Shown here piece by piece: positions 47,241-61,815 of a stretch of DNA of 64,000 bases; position 1 is the stretch's first letter, and each line of letters starts with the position of its first letter. The stretch covers positions 7,006,001 to 7,070,000 of the forward strand of contig CP075495.1 in NCBI GenBank assembly GCA_021613535.1, read 5' to 3'. The notes below the pieces were generated by a model. That model saw only the letters and a list, made by a program, of their open reading frames with translations. It did no database searches and had not been told where the DNA came from. This stretch comes from Adineta vaga (Eukaryota; Animalia; Rotifera). A program made the translations under genes and the position numbers.

Positions 47241-49252
47241 TATTAATTATAATCGTTTTTAAACGATACTACTAAATAATAAACGCATCCTGTTGATCAT
47301 CTTTATTCATTTCTTTATTTATTGTTTCCTTTTTCTTTTCTTTTCATTCGATCTTATTCATGATTGATTTTCATTATCTACAAATCATATTGTTTGCTTT
47401 TATTTGTCAGACAATTTCTCATCATCAACTCGTGACATCTATGTCAAGATATTTAACATAATTGATATTTTTTCACAACAACTGTTATCAAGATGATTAA
47501 TGTAACCATCTCGTAAATGTCATTTGATCGTGATAATAATTTTAATCTAGCTAATAATTATTAAGTGACAAATTTGTGTCTGTATGTGTGACTTTTTTCA
47601 GAAAGCATCCGAAAGAGAAACGTTTCTTTACAAATATAAAGAAAAACGACGATAGTAATTTAATCATCTATTCATTGATCAGAGACTTTATCCTGTGGTG
47701 TTAACGGTTTGCAAGTTTTCCTTTTACCGAAATTGCACAACATGACATCTTAATATTAAGAGAAATCAGCGAAGAAAAAAAACATATTAAGACTCTTATC
47801 ATGTTGATCGCAATTTCTTCAAGTATATAAATTCGGAAAGTTCGTTTTATAATCGATGATGAATAAATCAGTCTCGTATATCGAACGGAAATCGAATAGT
47901 TTTTCACACAAACATATTTCGTGATCAAAATCAATTAGTTGTATATATATATATATATACAAAGAGAATGACTGAGTACTCTTGTTCAATTTGCATTCAA
48001 TTATGAATAGGAAAAAAAAGGAAGAAGAAAAAATTCATCAATGATTTTTTTTTCTTTCGTAAATGGTTTTCTCGTTATGTATGAAAGTTGTTTTTTTATG
48101 TAACAAGAATCAAAAACTCATTTGTATTACATAGACTCCATAATTAGCCATATTTTCCCATGAGAAAATCGACAACACGACTGATGATAAGTCTCATTTG
48201 CTCGAGTCAAACATTACATCTTCGAAGCTGTTTTATTTCCTCTTTTTTTTCTTGTATATGATGAAAGATAGGATAGTTCACTTGGATTTTTGGCACAAAA
48301 CTAAGAACTTATCATGCCCTCTAGGTTAAATACTAATCTTATGTATATTAGACTGTAAATTATAGAAAACTAGCAATCATAACAACAACAACAACAACAA
48401 CATTTTTTAACTCTATGTCAAAATTGTTCATGTCATAGGCAAAAAAATGACGACAATGATGATGACATCAAGCACGCGCATCAGTTTCAATATAAAACCT
48501 AGTCATCTTCTTTATTATGTTTGTGTAGATGAGATGTTGTGACGATTATTTAGAACTACGAATGCAGACGAACGTGCATTGTTCAACAAAAGAAAAAACG
48601 ATTATATTGGGCAAAACGGAGAGGAAAAAGAAAGATCGATGATTAGAATGACAGTAAAGATTGGAACTTCGAAGACATGTATACATCATTTCGAACCTGT
48701 TAGCTATGATTGAATAGTAGTAACGATTTGCTTGAAGAGAAGAGCGAAAACGCATAGGGAACAGAACAAAGAGCCTGGGGACGGAAATCATGGATAGTAC
48801 GGAGAAAAAAGTGTGTAGCAATAATAGTTGAGAGAAGAGAGGAAGAGAGAGAGAGACAAACAGAGAGAGAGAAATGGAAAATCAGACATTCTCTCTCTTT
48901 TTTTCTCTTATCTACAAAAGATTCCTATGCATAGATACACAAAAACGTCATGAGTCTATCAAGTTTCATAGATGTATATAGAAAGATATTCTGGTTAAAT
49001 ATATGCAACAAAGCTAATCGATGAAGTAGTTTCTGTTATTTGCTGTCATGATCTTTCGAAATATCGTTACTAAGATAGTTTTGCTATTTCTTATGTTGTT
49101 CTTGCATTTGTTTCTTTTTTGTATACTTTTTTTTGCAGACAAGAAGAAGTATGGCGTATCTTTGTAAGATCAAAGTGAAATCTACTGTATCAATCTCTGT
49201 CTAATGTTATTTATTATTCTCAATAGAAGTACAGACATTTCTCAATACTTCA

Positions 49253-50416
49253 ATGTCATTAATGTGGTCGTCCACGAAACCTATGACCATCACTACACGA
49301 CCTTCTATCTATCAACCTCGAATTTACTCAAGCATAGTGAGAAATACAACAGCAACAGTAACAAATCTCTCATTAACAACATCAGTGATCCAAACACTTA
49401 CTGAACCAAGTGATATCTATGATTCAAGTATTACAAAACCTTTTGCATTAGTCTGCTTATTCGTTGGTTCAGTTGGTAATTCATTATCATTCATTGTTTT
49501 TACACAAAAACAATTACGACGATATTCAACATTTCGTTATCTTGCATATTTAGCAATCATTGATCTAATTGTATTATATCTAGGATTAGGTAATATCATT
49601 TTACGTGATTATTTTCTATTTGATATACGAGTACAAAGTTTATTCTTATGTAAATTTCATACATTTTTAACATATGTTTCTACACAATTATCATCATGGA
49701 TATTAACTATTGTATCAATTGATCGTGCTATTGCATGTACCGTTATACGTTTAAATAAACGTATCTGTCGAGCTGAATCAGCTGATCGAATCTTTTTTGG
49801 TATGTGTTTGATTATATGCCTACTCAACAGTCATATTTTATTCTTTATGGGTTCAAAACGTACACAATTATCTCTATCGATACCTAATAATACATCAACA
49901 TTTAATGAACCTATTGTCACATGTACACATAATACATCGAGTACTTATTTTAAATTTTTTGAAAAACCTTACAATATTATTGATCTTCTTTCCTATGTAC
50001 TTATTCCATTTATTATCATGACAATATGTGCATGTATTATTGCTTATCGTCTCTTCTTTTCATTTAGTCATACAACAACACATATTGCTATTAAAGGTAA
50101 AATACGTAAAGGAACTCGACGTGCAAAACAAATTTCATACATGTTATTAATATTGAATTTAGTTTTTGTTATTCTATTAACACCTATTGTTCTTGGTCAA
50201 ATCTTTCAAGAACTTAATCAAGAATACCAATATCGTTTATATAATTCCATAACATTATTAATGTCCTATTCAAATCATGCATTAAATTTTGTATTGTATG
50301 GTATTGCATCTCCACAATTTCGTTTAACTCTAAGACAATTATTAGGTTTTGGAACGAATGAATTTCATCAAAGACGTTTTCAAACATTTGGTTGTTATAC
50401 ATCAACAGGTTTTTAA
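49253..50416 (+). CDS. Rhodopsin-class (class A) peptide-receptor-like GPCR, single coding exon
   Basis: GN in TM1, LAIID in TM2, C..SIDRA (DRY variant), IPF in TM5, NHALNFVLY..SPQFR; Ser/Thr-rich N-terminus with N-glycosylation sequons. Confidence 0.92.
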   Translation: MSLMWSSTKPMTITTRPSIYQPRIYSSIVRNTTATVTNLSLTTSVIQTLTEPSDIYDSSITKPFALVCLFVGSVGNSLSFIVFTQKQLRRYSTFRYLAYLAIIDLIVLYLGLGNIILRDYFLFDIRVQSLFLCKFHTFLTYVSTQLSSWILTIVSIDRAIACTVIRLNKRICRAESADRIFFGMCLIICLLNSHILFFMGSKRTQLSLSIPNNTSTFNEPIVTCTHNTSSTYFKFFEKPYNIIDLLSYVLIPFIIMTICACIIAYRLFFSFSHTTTHIAIKGKIRKGTRRAKQISYMLLILNLVFVILLTPIVLGQIFQELNQEYQYRLYNSITLLMSYSNHALNFVLYGIASPQFRLTLRQLLGFGTNEFHQRRFQTFGCYTSTGF

Positions 50417-50455
50417 ACATTTTATTATAGAACAAAAAAAAATAAAGTTAATTTT

Positions 50456-53400
50456 TCATGACAAAATTTGAATCTTTTTCTCGAAAGTAACTGGTGGTTG
50501 TAAATAATCACGACAAATTGTATTCAATGCTTCTAATGCTATTTGAGCATGTAGACGAACGATTTCATCCTTATCATTTTTATATAATTGTTTGATTAAT
50601 TGATAGAATGATGGAAGTTCACTTCCAAGTATTGTTAACCATGTTGATTGTTCAAGTGATTGACAGAGTAATTCACAAACAAGTATCGATGCACGTCGAA
50701 CATCAGATGATTCAAATATCGAGAGATAATTTTTCAAAGCCAACAATATCTAATTGATAGAAGAAGAAGAAAACTTTCATATGCAGAAATAAATGAAATC
50801 TTTTCTAAGATTTACTTCAGATAAATCTTTTGAAAGAGAATATTTTAAAACCATACATAATTGACCTAGATTTGACAATGCACTAGCACGATACATATCA
50901 TCATTGGATTGTTTTGAAGCATGAAGAAACGTATTAATTAATAATGAAGAATATTGTACAGACATATCACCTAAACAAGTTCTAATATGGTTCGTATTTA
51001 AACTTGACTCGAGGGTACATTTACACATGTCTACTCTTACTATCATTATCATGTTTTCTTTCATGTCAATAGTTAATTAGAAATTATATTCATAATTAGA
51101 AACAAGAAAGGACACGTACTGTCATCGTTTGTCATTTTGAAATCTAATAATCTCGTTAACATAATCTTCCTGTTCGTTCCTATCAATTTTTAAGATCAGA
51201 AAATCTTCAAAGAGATTTCTCCTTTAATTAATATAATGATATCCTTTACTCTTCTCGTTTTTCAACATACCTAGTATTCGACAGGTTTTAACTAGAATTT
51301 CTCCAACTTTTAATCGATCTTCTAATTTACGTTTTTCATTGATATATTCATTACAAAGTTTGGGAAGAATTTCATTAGTATATTGATTAGCCAAAGCATT
51401 CAGAACATTAATAGCTGCTAAATATTCATAGGAATCATCGGCATGTAAATGTTCTTGAAAGCATTTTAATAATTTCATGTCATTTTCTCGAATTTTTGAT
51501 AATGTTTCTTGGTCTGATCGTTCAATTAAACGTCGAAATAGTATTAAACCATGTGCACGAATAGGTATACTTGGATCATTTAAACAAGCATAAGCATTTT
51601 CAAATGTTTCAGCACGTAGATCACGTTCATCATTCATTTCTTCAATTAAACGATTTGATTTCGATTGAGTAATCGGTTCTTTAACTGCACCGAATGTTAC
51701 AAATGCAAGAGATAATTCATGTGCTAATTGACGAAGTTCACCATTCGAATGATTTTCTTCAATTAATTTCAATGATGAATAAAGTGAGGCAAGAATTTGT
51801 TTATTCTCAGAAGATAACTAAGGAGAAAAAACCTAGGTAAGATTGCATTAGAAAACAAATTACTTGATCATAATGAGTTATTAATAATGATGCAATTGTA
51901 AATACAATTTGTAATGCTTCATTATCTGTTGATAGATCATCATCATCATCATCATCTTTATCAGTAGTTGTTTTTGTTAGAAAAGTTTTCTGATATTTAT
52001 TTTCATAAGTTTTGCTTAATTTTTCAAGAATTATCTAAAAGAAACGAATTCAATTAATTGGTACATTCAAATTATTTGTTCACATTAACTAATAGATACT
52101 CATCTAGTTATTGACTTTAAATAGCTCTTGAATATTCAAGTATGATTCAGATATATATATATATATATATATGCATCCTATTGCCAAAGCAAACAATGAT
52201 AGAATCTTATTGATCATGAATAAATTTGACAATCTTCTATAGTCAATTTTCGATTGATAAAGAAAAGAAGACATCATGACTTTTGATTAAAATTAGATTT
52301 ATCTCTTTTGAATCAAATGTCTACTAATCTTCTTTAGATCTCTTTTGTTCCTCATTAATAACAAATGACAGACGAGATTTTTCATACCTGAATAACTCGA
52401 ACTGTATCATCAACATTTTTAATGAAAATATCAATATGTTCAGTTAAATATTCCATAATTAATTTCAAGATTTCCATGATTTTCAATTGTTTCCAATTTC
52501 GTTGTGTTTCATTTTCTGTCCAAAGTAATTCTTCAGTGAAAATTTTCTCTGTTGTTAACAATTGTAAGAAATGTAGAAATATTTTCACGACTAACCTTTC
52601 ATTATTATCTAATGAATATACTAATTTCATTAATAATTGACAAAATAATTGAATATTATAATTATTCGAATCATTTTCGTGAATTAAACTAAAACTTGAT
52701 TCTTGATCGGATAGATATTTCAAAGGTAACAGCTGTTGAGAGAATAAAATTTGTTCGAAAGATTCCAGAAATTGATCGATTTCAATTGATGAGAAGATAA
52801 TTCGTAAAATTTGAAAGAATTTTATTTTCAATGCTGATAAAGATTGATCTAATGCAACATAAATATTCATTAATTCATAGAGATAAACTTTAAATAAATA
52901 AATTCGAAGTTGTTCATTTGGAATTGGACTTATTAGATTATATAAATCATCAATAAATATTTCTAACTGTTGTTCCTTACAAATTTCATTGGTCGAATGA
53001 TTTCGACATGTAATCAATGGTTGAAATAATCTGGAGAAGATTTCGTCTTCAATTAATTTCGGATATTTTTTATATAATTGATTGATTGCTATGCAAATTA
53101 TTGGCATATAACGTTGATCATGAATAAGTTCGATTAATTGCAATTGAATTCGTTGAATATATTCTTCAGGTTGAATTTGTTTAGGACAAGTTGAAAGAAT
53201 CTGTGCCATTGAAATGTACAGACGATCATTTGGTAATGTTGAATCAAGAATTGTTTGAAATATTTGACGAACACCATGATTATTTGGATGAATTAATATT
53301 GATGTTAGAAGTTCTCCACAACGAGTTTTAAGCCATTGAGGACTATTGACTGTTGAAGATAATAAACGATTTAAAAGCATTATTTGTTGAATAAATAAAT

Positions 53401-54120
53401 TCGAAAATTTTGTTTGAAGATAAATGAAATTTTCGGATGTCAATTTTACTGAAGAATATTTTAAATTCGGTGAATAGAGTAATTGTAAATGACTTAGAAT
53501 TAATTCCAACAAATGATATGAACATAAACGTTGAGTTAGAAATGAATTGATATCTATTGTCTGAATCCATTTCATTAGATAGTTCAATGTTTCTTGAAGA
53601 TAAAACATTCGATCGTGATGTGTTAGATTAGTTTTAAGTTTTAAGAAATGAATCGATAAATTTGGATTTTTTAAATAGTTTTCAATGGAAAGATAAATAC
53701 CTTCATCAAAATGAAGAACTAAACCAAGAAAGATAACGAAAGATAATGAACGTGAGAGAATTGATTCATCTTGAATACTAAATAATGGCATATGTGATGA
53801 AAGATTATCTTGTTCAAGAAAGAGAAGTTTTTCAAGAAGATTTAAATGAATTTGTAAATAACGATAATATGCAGGTTGTTCATTGTTTAAAGAAATGATT
53901 AAGTTTGATGAAGTATTAGTTTCAAGAAAACGATCACAAGCATTGGAAAAGACTAAATTAATTGTTAAAATTTGTTGTTGTTCTTCGTCTTGAGGTGAAA
54001 CTACAAACGAAGAAATTCATAAACAATTTTCAAGTAAGAAATCTATGTACTTTTAACAGTTGAGATTGGTTTCATTAAATCCTCTAGTAAGGATAATAAT
54101 TGTTGATGATCAAGTGCCAT
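50456..54120 (-). CDS. TANGO6: Transport and Golgi organization protein 6 (TANGO6/Rtp1-like HEAT protein)
   Basis: PQWLKTRCGELL..GVRQI, LNDPSIPIRAHGL, DDSYEYLAAIN, RLKVGEIL, RASALSNLGQLC, VRRAS, VRLHAQIALE. Confidence 0.85.
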
Positions 54121-54519
54121 GGATGAACTTATCAGAGAAGAAACTTATGAAAGATTGATTGAGACATGATCGGATAGTAATATTGTGTGGATTTTCAAAA
54201 TAGTCCATTCAGAATCGATTTTTTGATATTTATTTTCGCAAAATAGTGACATCTACTCGAGTAAGTTAATATAATTCTTTAAAAATTCATTTAATCTCAA
54301 CAAAGCACAAACTGAGCGAAACTTTTATTGAACAGAACGAAAATATATAGAAAAGAAAAGACAAATTCAGCCTATGTGAATGTACTATGAATGCTCAATA
54401 GTATATACAACAAAAACACACAGGTATTTTCCAAAGAGCAACAAATAAAAATCACCGTTCAAGGTTCACAAAAGAAGAAGCAATAAACAAGCACCAATTG
54501 AATAAGAAGATATTTTTTC

Positions 54520-57500
54520 CTAAGAACCATTTATGTTAGAATTATCATTTTCTCGATATGAAACATGTCCTTGATTCTTTTGATAATGCGTCCACTAAAT
54601 TCAATTGATGAACAGTAAAATTTTGCATAAGATCTTTCTGTTCACTTACCATATGATTTGGATCGACTGATGGATGTTGTAAATGTATTTCTTTTTTACA
54701 AAAACCATTCAATAATGAAATACCTACGAAAAAAAAACGAGAATTGAATGAGATATACTGTGAAATTTCAAACCTCGATCTTCATTTCGTGTATATTTTG
54801 TAATCCATTCGTTTAATAATAAATTATAATATCTTGGTGTTTCAAAATATTTTAAATACTTTCGTGTTTGATTTGTTGGAAATATCCGTTCGAATGATCC
54901 ACGACGTGCAAATTCATCTTCTGTTTCAATAAGAATTCGAAGATCATCAGGAGTTAAAACATCAAGTATATTCTTTCGGACTTGCTAAAAGATCAAACGA
55001 AAGATTGAAATAAATTCATTGCAATCGAATTTTACTTCATCACTATAACGTTGACTGAAATATTGATGTTTAACTTTTTCATCGGTGGATAAACTTTGTG
55101 GAAGTACTCGACGATCGAATATTAAACTTTTAGGTAATTTCGCTTTTCTATAAAGTTGAAAAAATTTCATTCAGAAAATGCCAGATAAAGTACTTTACCT
55201 TCGTACTGGACCTTCAGCTAGAATATCTCTTCGATCCGGTATCATAAAACCACTTAGATTAAGTAAATCACAGATCATTGAACCTTTCACATTTATATCC
55301 AATGGCGAATTGGAATGTAAACTAATAAAAACAAAATGAATTTGTTGATTATATTGTTTAGTTTTTACTCTACCTCGGAGAAATATTCACTTCAACAATA
55401 TACGGTTTACATTGCTCATCGAGAATGACATCAAAACCAAAAAGTTCATGAACACTATATTTTCGGCGAACATTGGCTTTTGTTAAAACATTAACAAAAG
55501 GATCAGCACTGAAATTTTAAACGGAAATTGAGAAAAAATTTTGCCTTCACATCTTATTAATTAGCTGAGGAGAATTATTCTTTTCTTCATCTCTCGATAT
55601 TAATATCTTTCGGTTGAATAATGAAATTCAAAGGAGAATTTAATATCCCCCTTTAAGTATCTGTCATTTTCTTTGAATTTTACTGTTTAACATTTATCGC
55701 TAAAGATTTTATCATCAAGGTTATACTACTCCTCTTACACAATATTAACAAAGAATGACCTTCATGCAATCAACACCACCGACTATCTCTCTCTCGTCTG
55801 AAAACCTTGAATTTCTAACCGATTACACTCAATTTGATTCTTTCTTTTTCAATATCGGTAGTAACTATTTTATTCTGTCAAGATTAATTTAATCTTACAC
55901 ACCTAATTATAGTTTTAATAACCAAATCTTTGATTCTCTCAATCACATCTGCTACATCGACATTCCGGGTTTTTAAATATGCCCATAAAGCTTTCAAACT
56001 CCTAGAAAGGAAAAAAAATAATGAACGGAAAATTCTTCTATTCACTAATTCACTAACCATTTATGTCCAGTACACGCTGCTGAATCATTATTTGATCGAT
56101 ATTCACTATTATATCGATTTACTGAATAATTAGTTAAGTGCATGAATCGATCACTTAAAGATTTGAGTGATGTAGAATATCTACAATGGAACAAAAGAAA
56201 GGATGCTTTTTTATTTTACAAATCTCCTTATCTCGAAATTAAACATACTTTCTCGAAGCAAATCGAGCTAAACCATCATCAAACAAATAAATACGTAATG
56301 GATCATGTGATGGAACATACACATACAATCGCATGTCAAACTTATGTCCATTGATTAGATAGGGATTGGCAATATATCTAATTGAAAAGAACGATTGATT
56401 TCTCTTGACAAATATTGATAATAAACATACCTCTGTACAACAACCGGACGTTTTTTCGGAACTTGTTCCATTTTACTGATAACCTAAAGTCATTATTGAA
56501 TCTTCTTGATAAGATTTAATATAGAATAATTTAAAACTTTACCCGAATGCCTTGACCTCGAGCACTTGCTGGCTAAAAACGGAAATTGTTTTAATTTATG
56601 TGATAAAATGTAATTAAATTGAATACGAACTGGTTTAATGATCCATTTGGATTCTTTACTATCTGCTGTTTCTTCAAAAACACGTTTAAATAAGAGAAAA
56701 TCAGCTGGTAAAACAAACGTTTGAGGAACAAAATCAAAATCTCGTCGAGAATGAACAGCTTGCATATGCGATAGATTTCTCCATAATCGATCTTTTCGTC
56801 CAATTTGAAATGACCCTGGGAAATGATTGATCTAAAACGATATGAATTGCATCCAGTTATTCCTTTAGAAATCTTCTTCTTTTTCCATACTTTTTGATAT
56901 TCACGAATAGCTTTAAAACAGTTTGGTTTCATATGCCGTGACCATGTTCCAAGCCAATCAGTGCCCTCTGAGGAAAAAAAAAGGGAACCCTCCGTTCTCG
57001 AAACATTATTCTTATAAAAGCTTACCATCACCTAAACAAGAAATAGTGTGTCTTTTTAGTAAAATTTAAAAAGAATTTGAATCTTACCATTGATTAGTCG
57101 AAAACCAGAACGAAGAACTGTACTTTTAACAATATTTGGTGTAATTGCACTCATTTTCCATTTCATCATTTTCTGTAATGGTGCTGGAAGTGGTTCAACT
57201 ACATTTAAATTTTAATAATCAAGATTGGTAAACAAGAGGAAAATAAACGATGTTTATTACTTCGTTGTGTTTCAGTACAGAATCGAATTATTGGTGGAAC
57301 GTGTTCAAATAGGCTTGGAATGAAACCTGATTTTATTTCAGTATTACCCACTCGACGCGCTATAAAGAGAACGATAAGACTTATCAAATTGTTTTTCTTT
57401 TTGGAATTAATGAATACGTACTTTTATCGGAAAGTAGTATAGATGGATCTAGTGGAAATGTACTATCTGCATCAACTAATTGAAAACAAAAAAGAAAGAA

Positions 57501-60500
57501 TTCAATCTAATCGTTGGCAATTCGAAAAGGATAATTTTACCGTCACTTTCTGAACCACGAAGTGATTCTTCTTCAATCTCAGCTTCATATTCTTCATCTT
57601 CCATTTCGAATGGATCGTTGTCTGTCATACTAAGAAAAAAAATGGAATTTAATAAATTCATTGTTTGTCGTCAAAATGAATGAAAAAAATATTCTATGTC
57701 AGAAATCTTCAATGACTTTTCTATCTCTTACGGTTGTTGCTGTAGAAAAGTAATATTTTCTTCTTCAACCATTTCCTCACAAGCCTCATCATTATCTCCT
57801 ATCGATTCTTTATCGATAAGATCTTCCTGAGTAACTATCGTGTTGATCGTTGTTGTTGATGATGAAAACATAGTTTTCTCTCTAGATCGATTGATAATTG
57901 GAGGTATTGTTCGATTAAGTGGATCTTTTGAGAGTGTTTTCGATTTGATTGGTTTTGTTGGTAGAATACTACTTCGACTAATAACACGATGTTGTTCAAT
58001 AACACGTGTACGAATCAAATATTCAAGTTTAAGATTTAATTGATAGCATAATTGTTGAGGTGTTAATGGTTTTTTATCACTATCATTTTCTTTTGGTAAT
58101 TGTGATAACTGACGAGTTTTTCCAATAATTGTTTTTTGTTGATTATATTTGAAGTTTTCGACAAATGTCAATGTTTTTTCATACGTTGTTGATATTGCCG
58201 GTAATTTTCTATCATAACTAGGTAATTCTTGACGTCGTTGTAATAATTTCGGATAGTTATTATCGGTGTTTAAGAGAGGAATTGGAACAATATATCGAAG
58301 TGCAAAAGATCCGTCGGAATTCATTTATCCGATAATTGACAAATATGAGTATACTAAGATCAATTTGAAAATTTTCCTGCTACCGTCTCACACTGTCTTT
58401 GCATGTCAGGTAATAAATTCCATTCTATGAGTTCTTCTTTTTCTTCTTCTTCTTCTTCTTCTTTACCATCAGCAAGAAAAAAAAAGGAGAACAAGCAGGA
58501 GAACCGATTCGATTTCAGAGCACTGTCGTCAGCAACAAGGTGTGTGCGCGCTGATTGTTTTCTTTATACAAAATGATAGAAACGGAACAAAGAACGAGAA
58601 AAAACGATGAGATTTTTTGATTTTTCATTGCTCATGCATACTTCTGAAGCTCTTTAACTACTTTTCTTTCTTTACTTTATCCAATAATTTTGATCGATAG
58701 TTTGCAACGATGGTGACAAAAGTCAATGTTTTCTTTTTTTTCTTCTTTTCTCTTAGATTTTGATAAATCAATTGATTTACTCTTTAACGTAAAAAAACCA
58801 CCTTTTCTATCCTTCTTTCTTTGTTGAGTACTATGTTGAAAAAAAGAAAATTAGTTCGATCAATCGATAGATACACATCATTAAATGTAGGTATTCAAAA
58901 ATAGATGACAAATTCGATGTAAACAGACATCCGAATGTCTTCTATTTTCTTGAATGCTATTATGCAAATATCTGAAAATTCGTTTTTCTCTCCATGTATT
59001 TAAGTACTTTTCAAATGTTGACAATAGAAAGACAAAAACAGAATAAAGTTTTTTTTCAAAACTAGACATTATTTCAACAGTAACAGGGTGCAAAACAGAA
59101 GTGTAAATGAAAAGAAAAATATTTTGACTAATTATATCCTCGAGATAGTTTTTTCTTCTAATTCCTTAAAATATCTGGTATCTTTTACCAACATGGAGAT
59201 TGCAAAAATGAGTAAAACTATTGATGTATTTATTCTAGAATAATTGTGAAAGTCACATAAATATTTTTGTTAATTTTATTTTTGAAAGTTTTGACATCAC
59301 GGACATTGAATGGTAATAGATGTTTCCGCTTTGTTTGAATGTCACAAGTAGCGCACTGAATCGTTGAGTATCATTATTTATTAAAGGGAATTTTCATTTT
59401 ATTTTATAGTCAAAGTAATTAGAAAATATCTCGATAGTTTTCCATTGTTCAGGGTAAAATAATACTACTTACATATAAAATATGTTATTTAAGATCTCAA
59501 TGATATATATTTTAAAGAAGTTCACTTCTCTTTCGCAAATGGATACTTATAATAGGAATTTTGTTCACTTACTCATAATTAGATGTTGTTGATGCACTAG
59601 CAGCTCTTGTTTTTGGTCTATTAATGATTTCTTCTCGTCTTCTTCGTGATTCATTATTGTTCATATCTCCATTCGTAGTACCTGTATGCGATTGTCTCAT
59701 TTTATTCATTGATGATGAATTACCTCCATTTGTTGTTGTTGGCGTTGTTGTTGTTTTTGTTCCATTTGATGTTGGTTGACTTTTATCAACTTTATTCGAA
59801 TCTTTCGTTGTAGAGTTCGATGTCGTGAATAAGAGGAGACTTTTTTGAGACAACGGAACTGTTGGTGGTAATTGTTGTGTTTGATAAAACCGATTAGGAT
59901 TGTCAGCAATTGTTGCTACACGAATAACATTATTTGTTGGTACATTATCCGATTTCATTGGTTGAGAAGTCATTAATGAACGTATATTCGATGCAGCTGG
60001 CATTGGTGGTTTTATTTCAAGTGGTTTTACAAAATCTCGACGTATCATTACCTAAAATGAACACTTGTTTTCATTTGTCTCTTTTCTGACGAAATTTTCT
60101 TTACTCTAGTAATATTTGCTCGTTGCTGTTCAACATTCACTGGTGGTTTAGTCATAAGTAATGCTGATGGAATAGTGATTGCCATACAAGGTACATTATT
60201 AGAATTTGATGTTTCTTCATTTTTTTGCACAATGGCTGTTGCATTTAAATGTGTTGGCTTGTGAATCTACAATCGAGATTTATTTGGCAACGATAGAAAG
60301 AAATCAAATACAAACCTGTAAAGATGCAGAACGTTCCATAAGATTATTCTCTTGATTTGGAATTAGAAGACTTTCAGATGATATTCCTGCTGAGTTTGGT
60401 ATTACCGATGGATTATCATTTGTTGATGTAGAATGTTCAATAACAATTGCATTTAGACTTGTAAATCGGTCTGATTTGTGTGATGGTTGTTGTTGTTGTT

Positions 60501-61815
60501 GTTGTTGTTGATTGATTAGTTCATTAATTGATGGGGTTGTTGTTTGTAGAGATGTTGTGGGTTGTCTCGTATAAGATAACTTAGCTGATGGAATATTTCG
60601 TTGGTTTTTTTGAAAATTTGCTACTAAAGCTTTCTTCCAATTTTGATTATTATTATTGGCGGTTGATGAAATGTCTACTAATGAAACTGGTGGAGTATTT
60701 GGTAATTGTTCACTCGAAGATAACAAGTGACGTGTTGTTGATGACTCATCTTTTGTTCCATCAGTACGAACAAGATGATTAAGAGTAGATATACTTCCTA
60801 GATTATGTGCACTACCCTATTTTTTCAATCGAAAAGCAAAGATATTTATAAAGTTAAGATGAGAGAAAAGAATGGTTTACCGAAGTGTCCATCAATGAGA
60901 TGACAATATCTGTTGCTGAAGAACCTTTCTGTTTTAAAGTATCATTATTTGCTGCCTTGTTGAAAAAAGAAATAAAAACAAAGAATCGAAGTATTTTCTC
61001 AATGACTCACATTGATTTCTGATGCTTTTAATGGTCCATTCGAACGTTCATTATTACCATTACATCGTACAATATGTGTTGAAACAACTGACTGAATCCA
61101 AGGACGACTATCATCCTGTGAAGCAGATGTAATAACTGTTGGATCTGGTTGTTTTCCATTTGAAAAAAGAAGTGGACTTTGAATTCGAGGATAAAAAGGC
61201 TGTTTTCCTTTATTTCCCAGTGTTGTTGTCACTGTTGATGAAGATGGTAGAATAGATTGAGCGCTAATATCTGTTGTTGTCGATGAAGAGGGACTTGTAG
61301 ACACTAAATTAGTTGTTGTTGCTGGTTGTTGATTCGTGATGATTCTAGGACGAAAGAATGGATTTGCGTAGTAAGGATTTTGAGTTTTTTGACCAGCACT
61401 AAGAGCTGCTGCATGTCTACAAGAAAATAGACAGATTGTTTTCTTTTCAAGCTAGCTACTATTTCCTACCCTGAAGTATTCGATACTGTTGCGTCATGGT
61501 CTGAAAAGAAATAGTTGAAAAATAAACAATGAGAGAGAAAAAGAACCGTGCATTCTTACTAGATTTTTCATTTGATTTCAATGTACCATTTAATGCACTA
61601 GATAATGGTTGTTGTCGTGAAGGACGATTATTGTTATTGGATTGTGATAAAGTTTCATGATGATGATTAATTAAAAGATCTGTTTTAGCTCTTGAATAAT
61701 GTCCATTAAGCTGTTGTTGTTGTTGTTGATGATGAATTAGTGAATCTTGTAATGGATAAAGAATAACACGTTTTGGTGGTTCACGTGGAACAAAAACGAG
61801 GCCATTTCTGTTCAT
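54520..61815 (-). CDS. TTLL4: Tubulin monoglutamylase TTLL4 (long isoform with low-complexity N-terminus)
   Basis: [87 protein letters not shown]; the 59573 donor splices in phase to the 57629 acceptor. Confidence 0.88.
57732..58324 (-). CDS. Alternative first coding exon of TTLL4 (short isoform)
   Basis: In-frame TAA immediately before the ATG, so it cannot be an internal exon; phase-2 CC|GTAAG donor fits the same 57629 acceptor. Confidence 0.7.
58525..58536. promoter_or_regulatory. RFX X-box-like motif GTCGTC-AGCAAC upstream of the TTLL4 internal first exon
   Basis: Matches GTNRYC(N0-3)RGYAAC, ~200 bp upstream of ATG 58324. Confidence 0.45.

Noticed and set aside
55510-55902. Enlarged TTLL4 intron as a MITE insertion
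   Set aside because: No terminal inverted repeats or target-site duplication could be identified by eye
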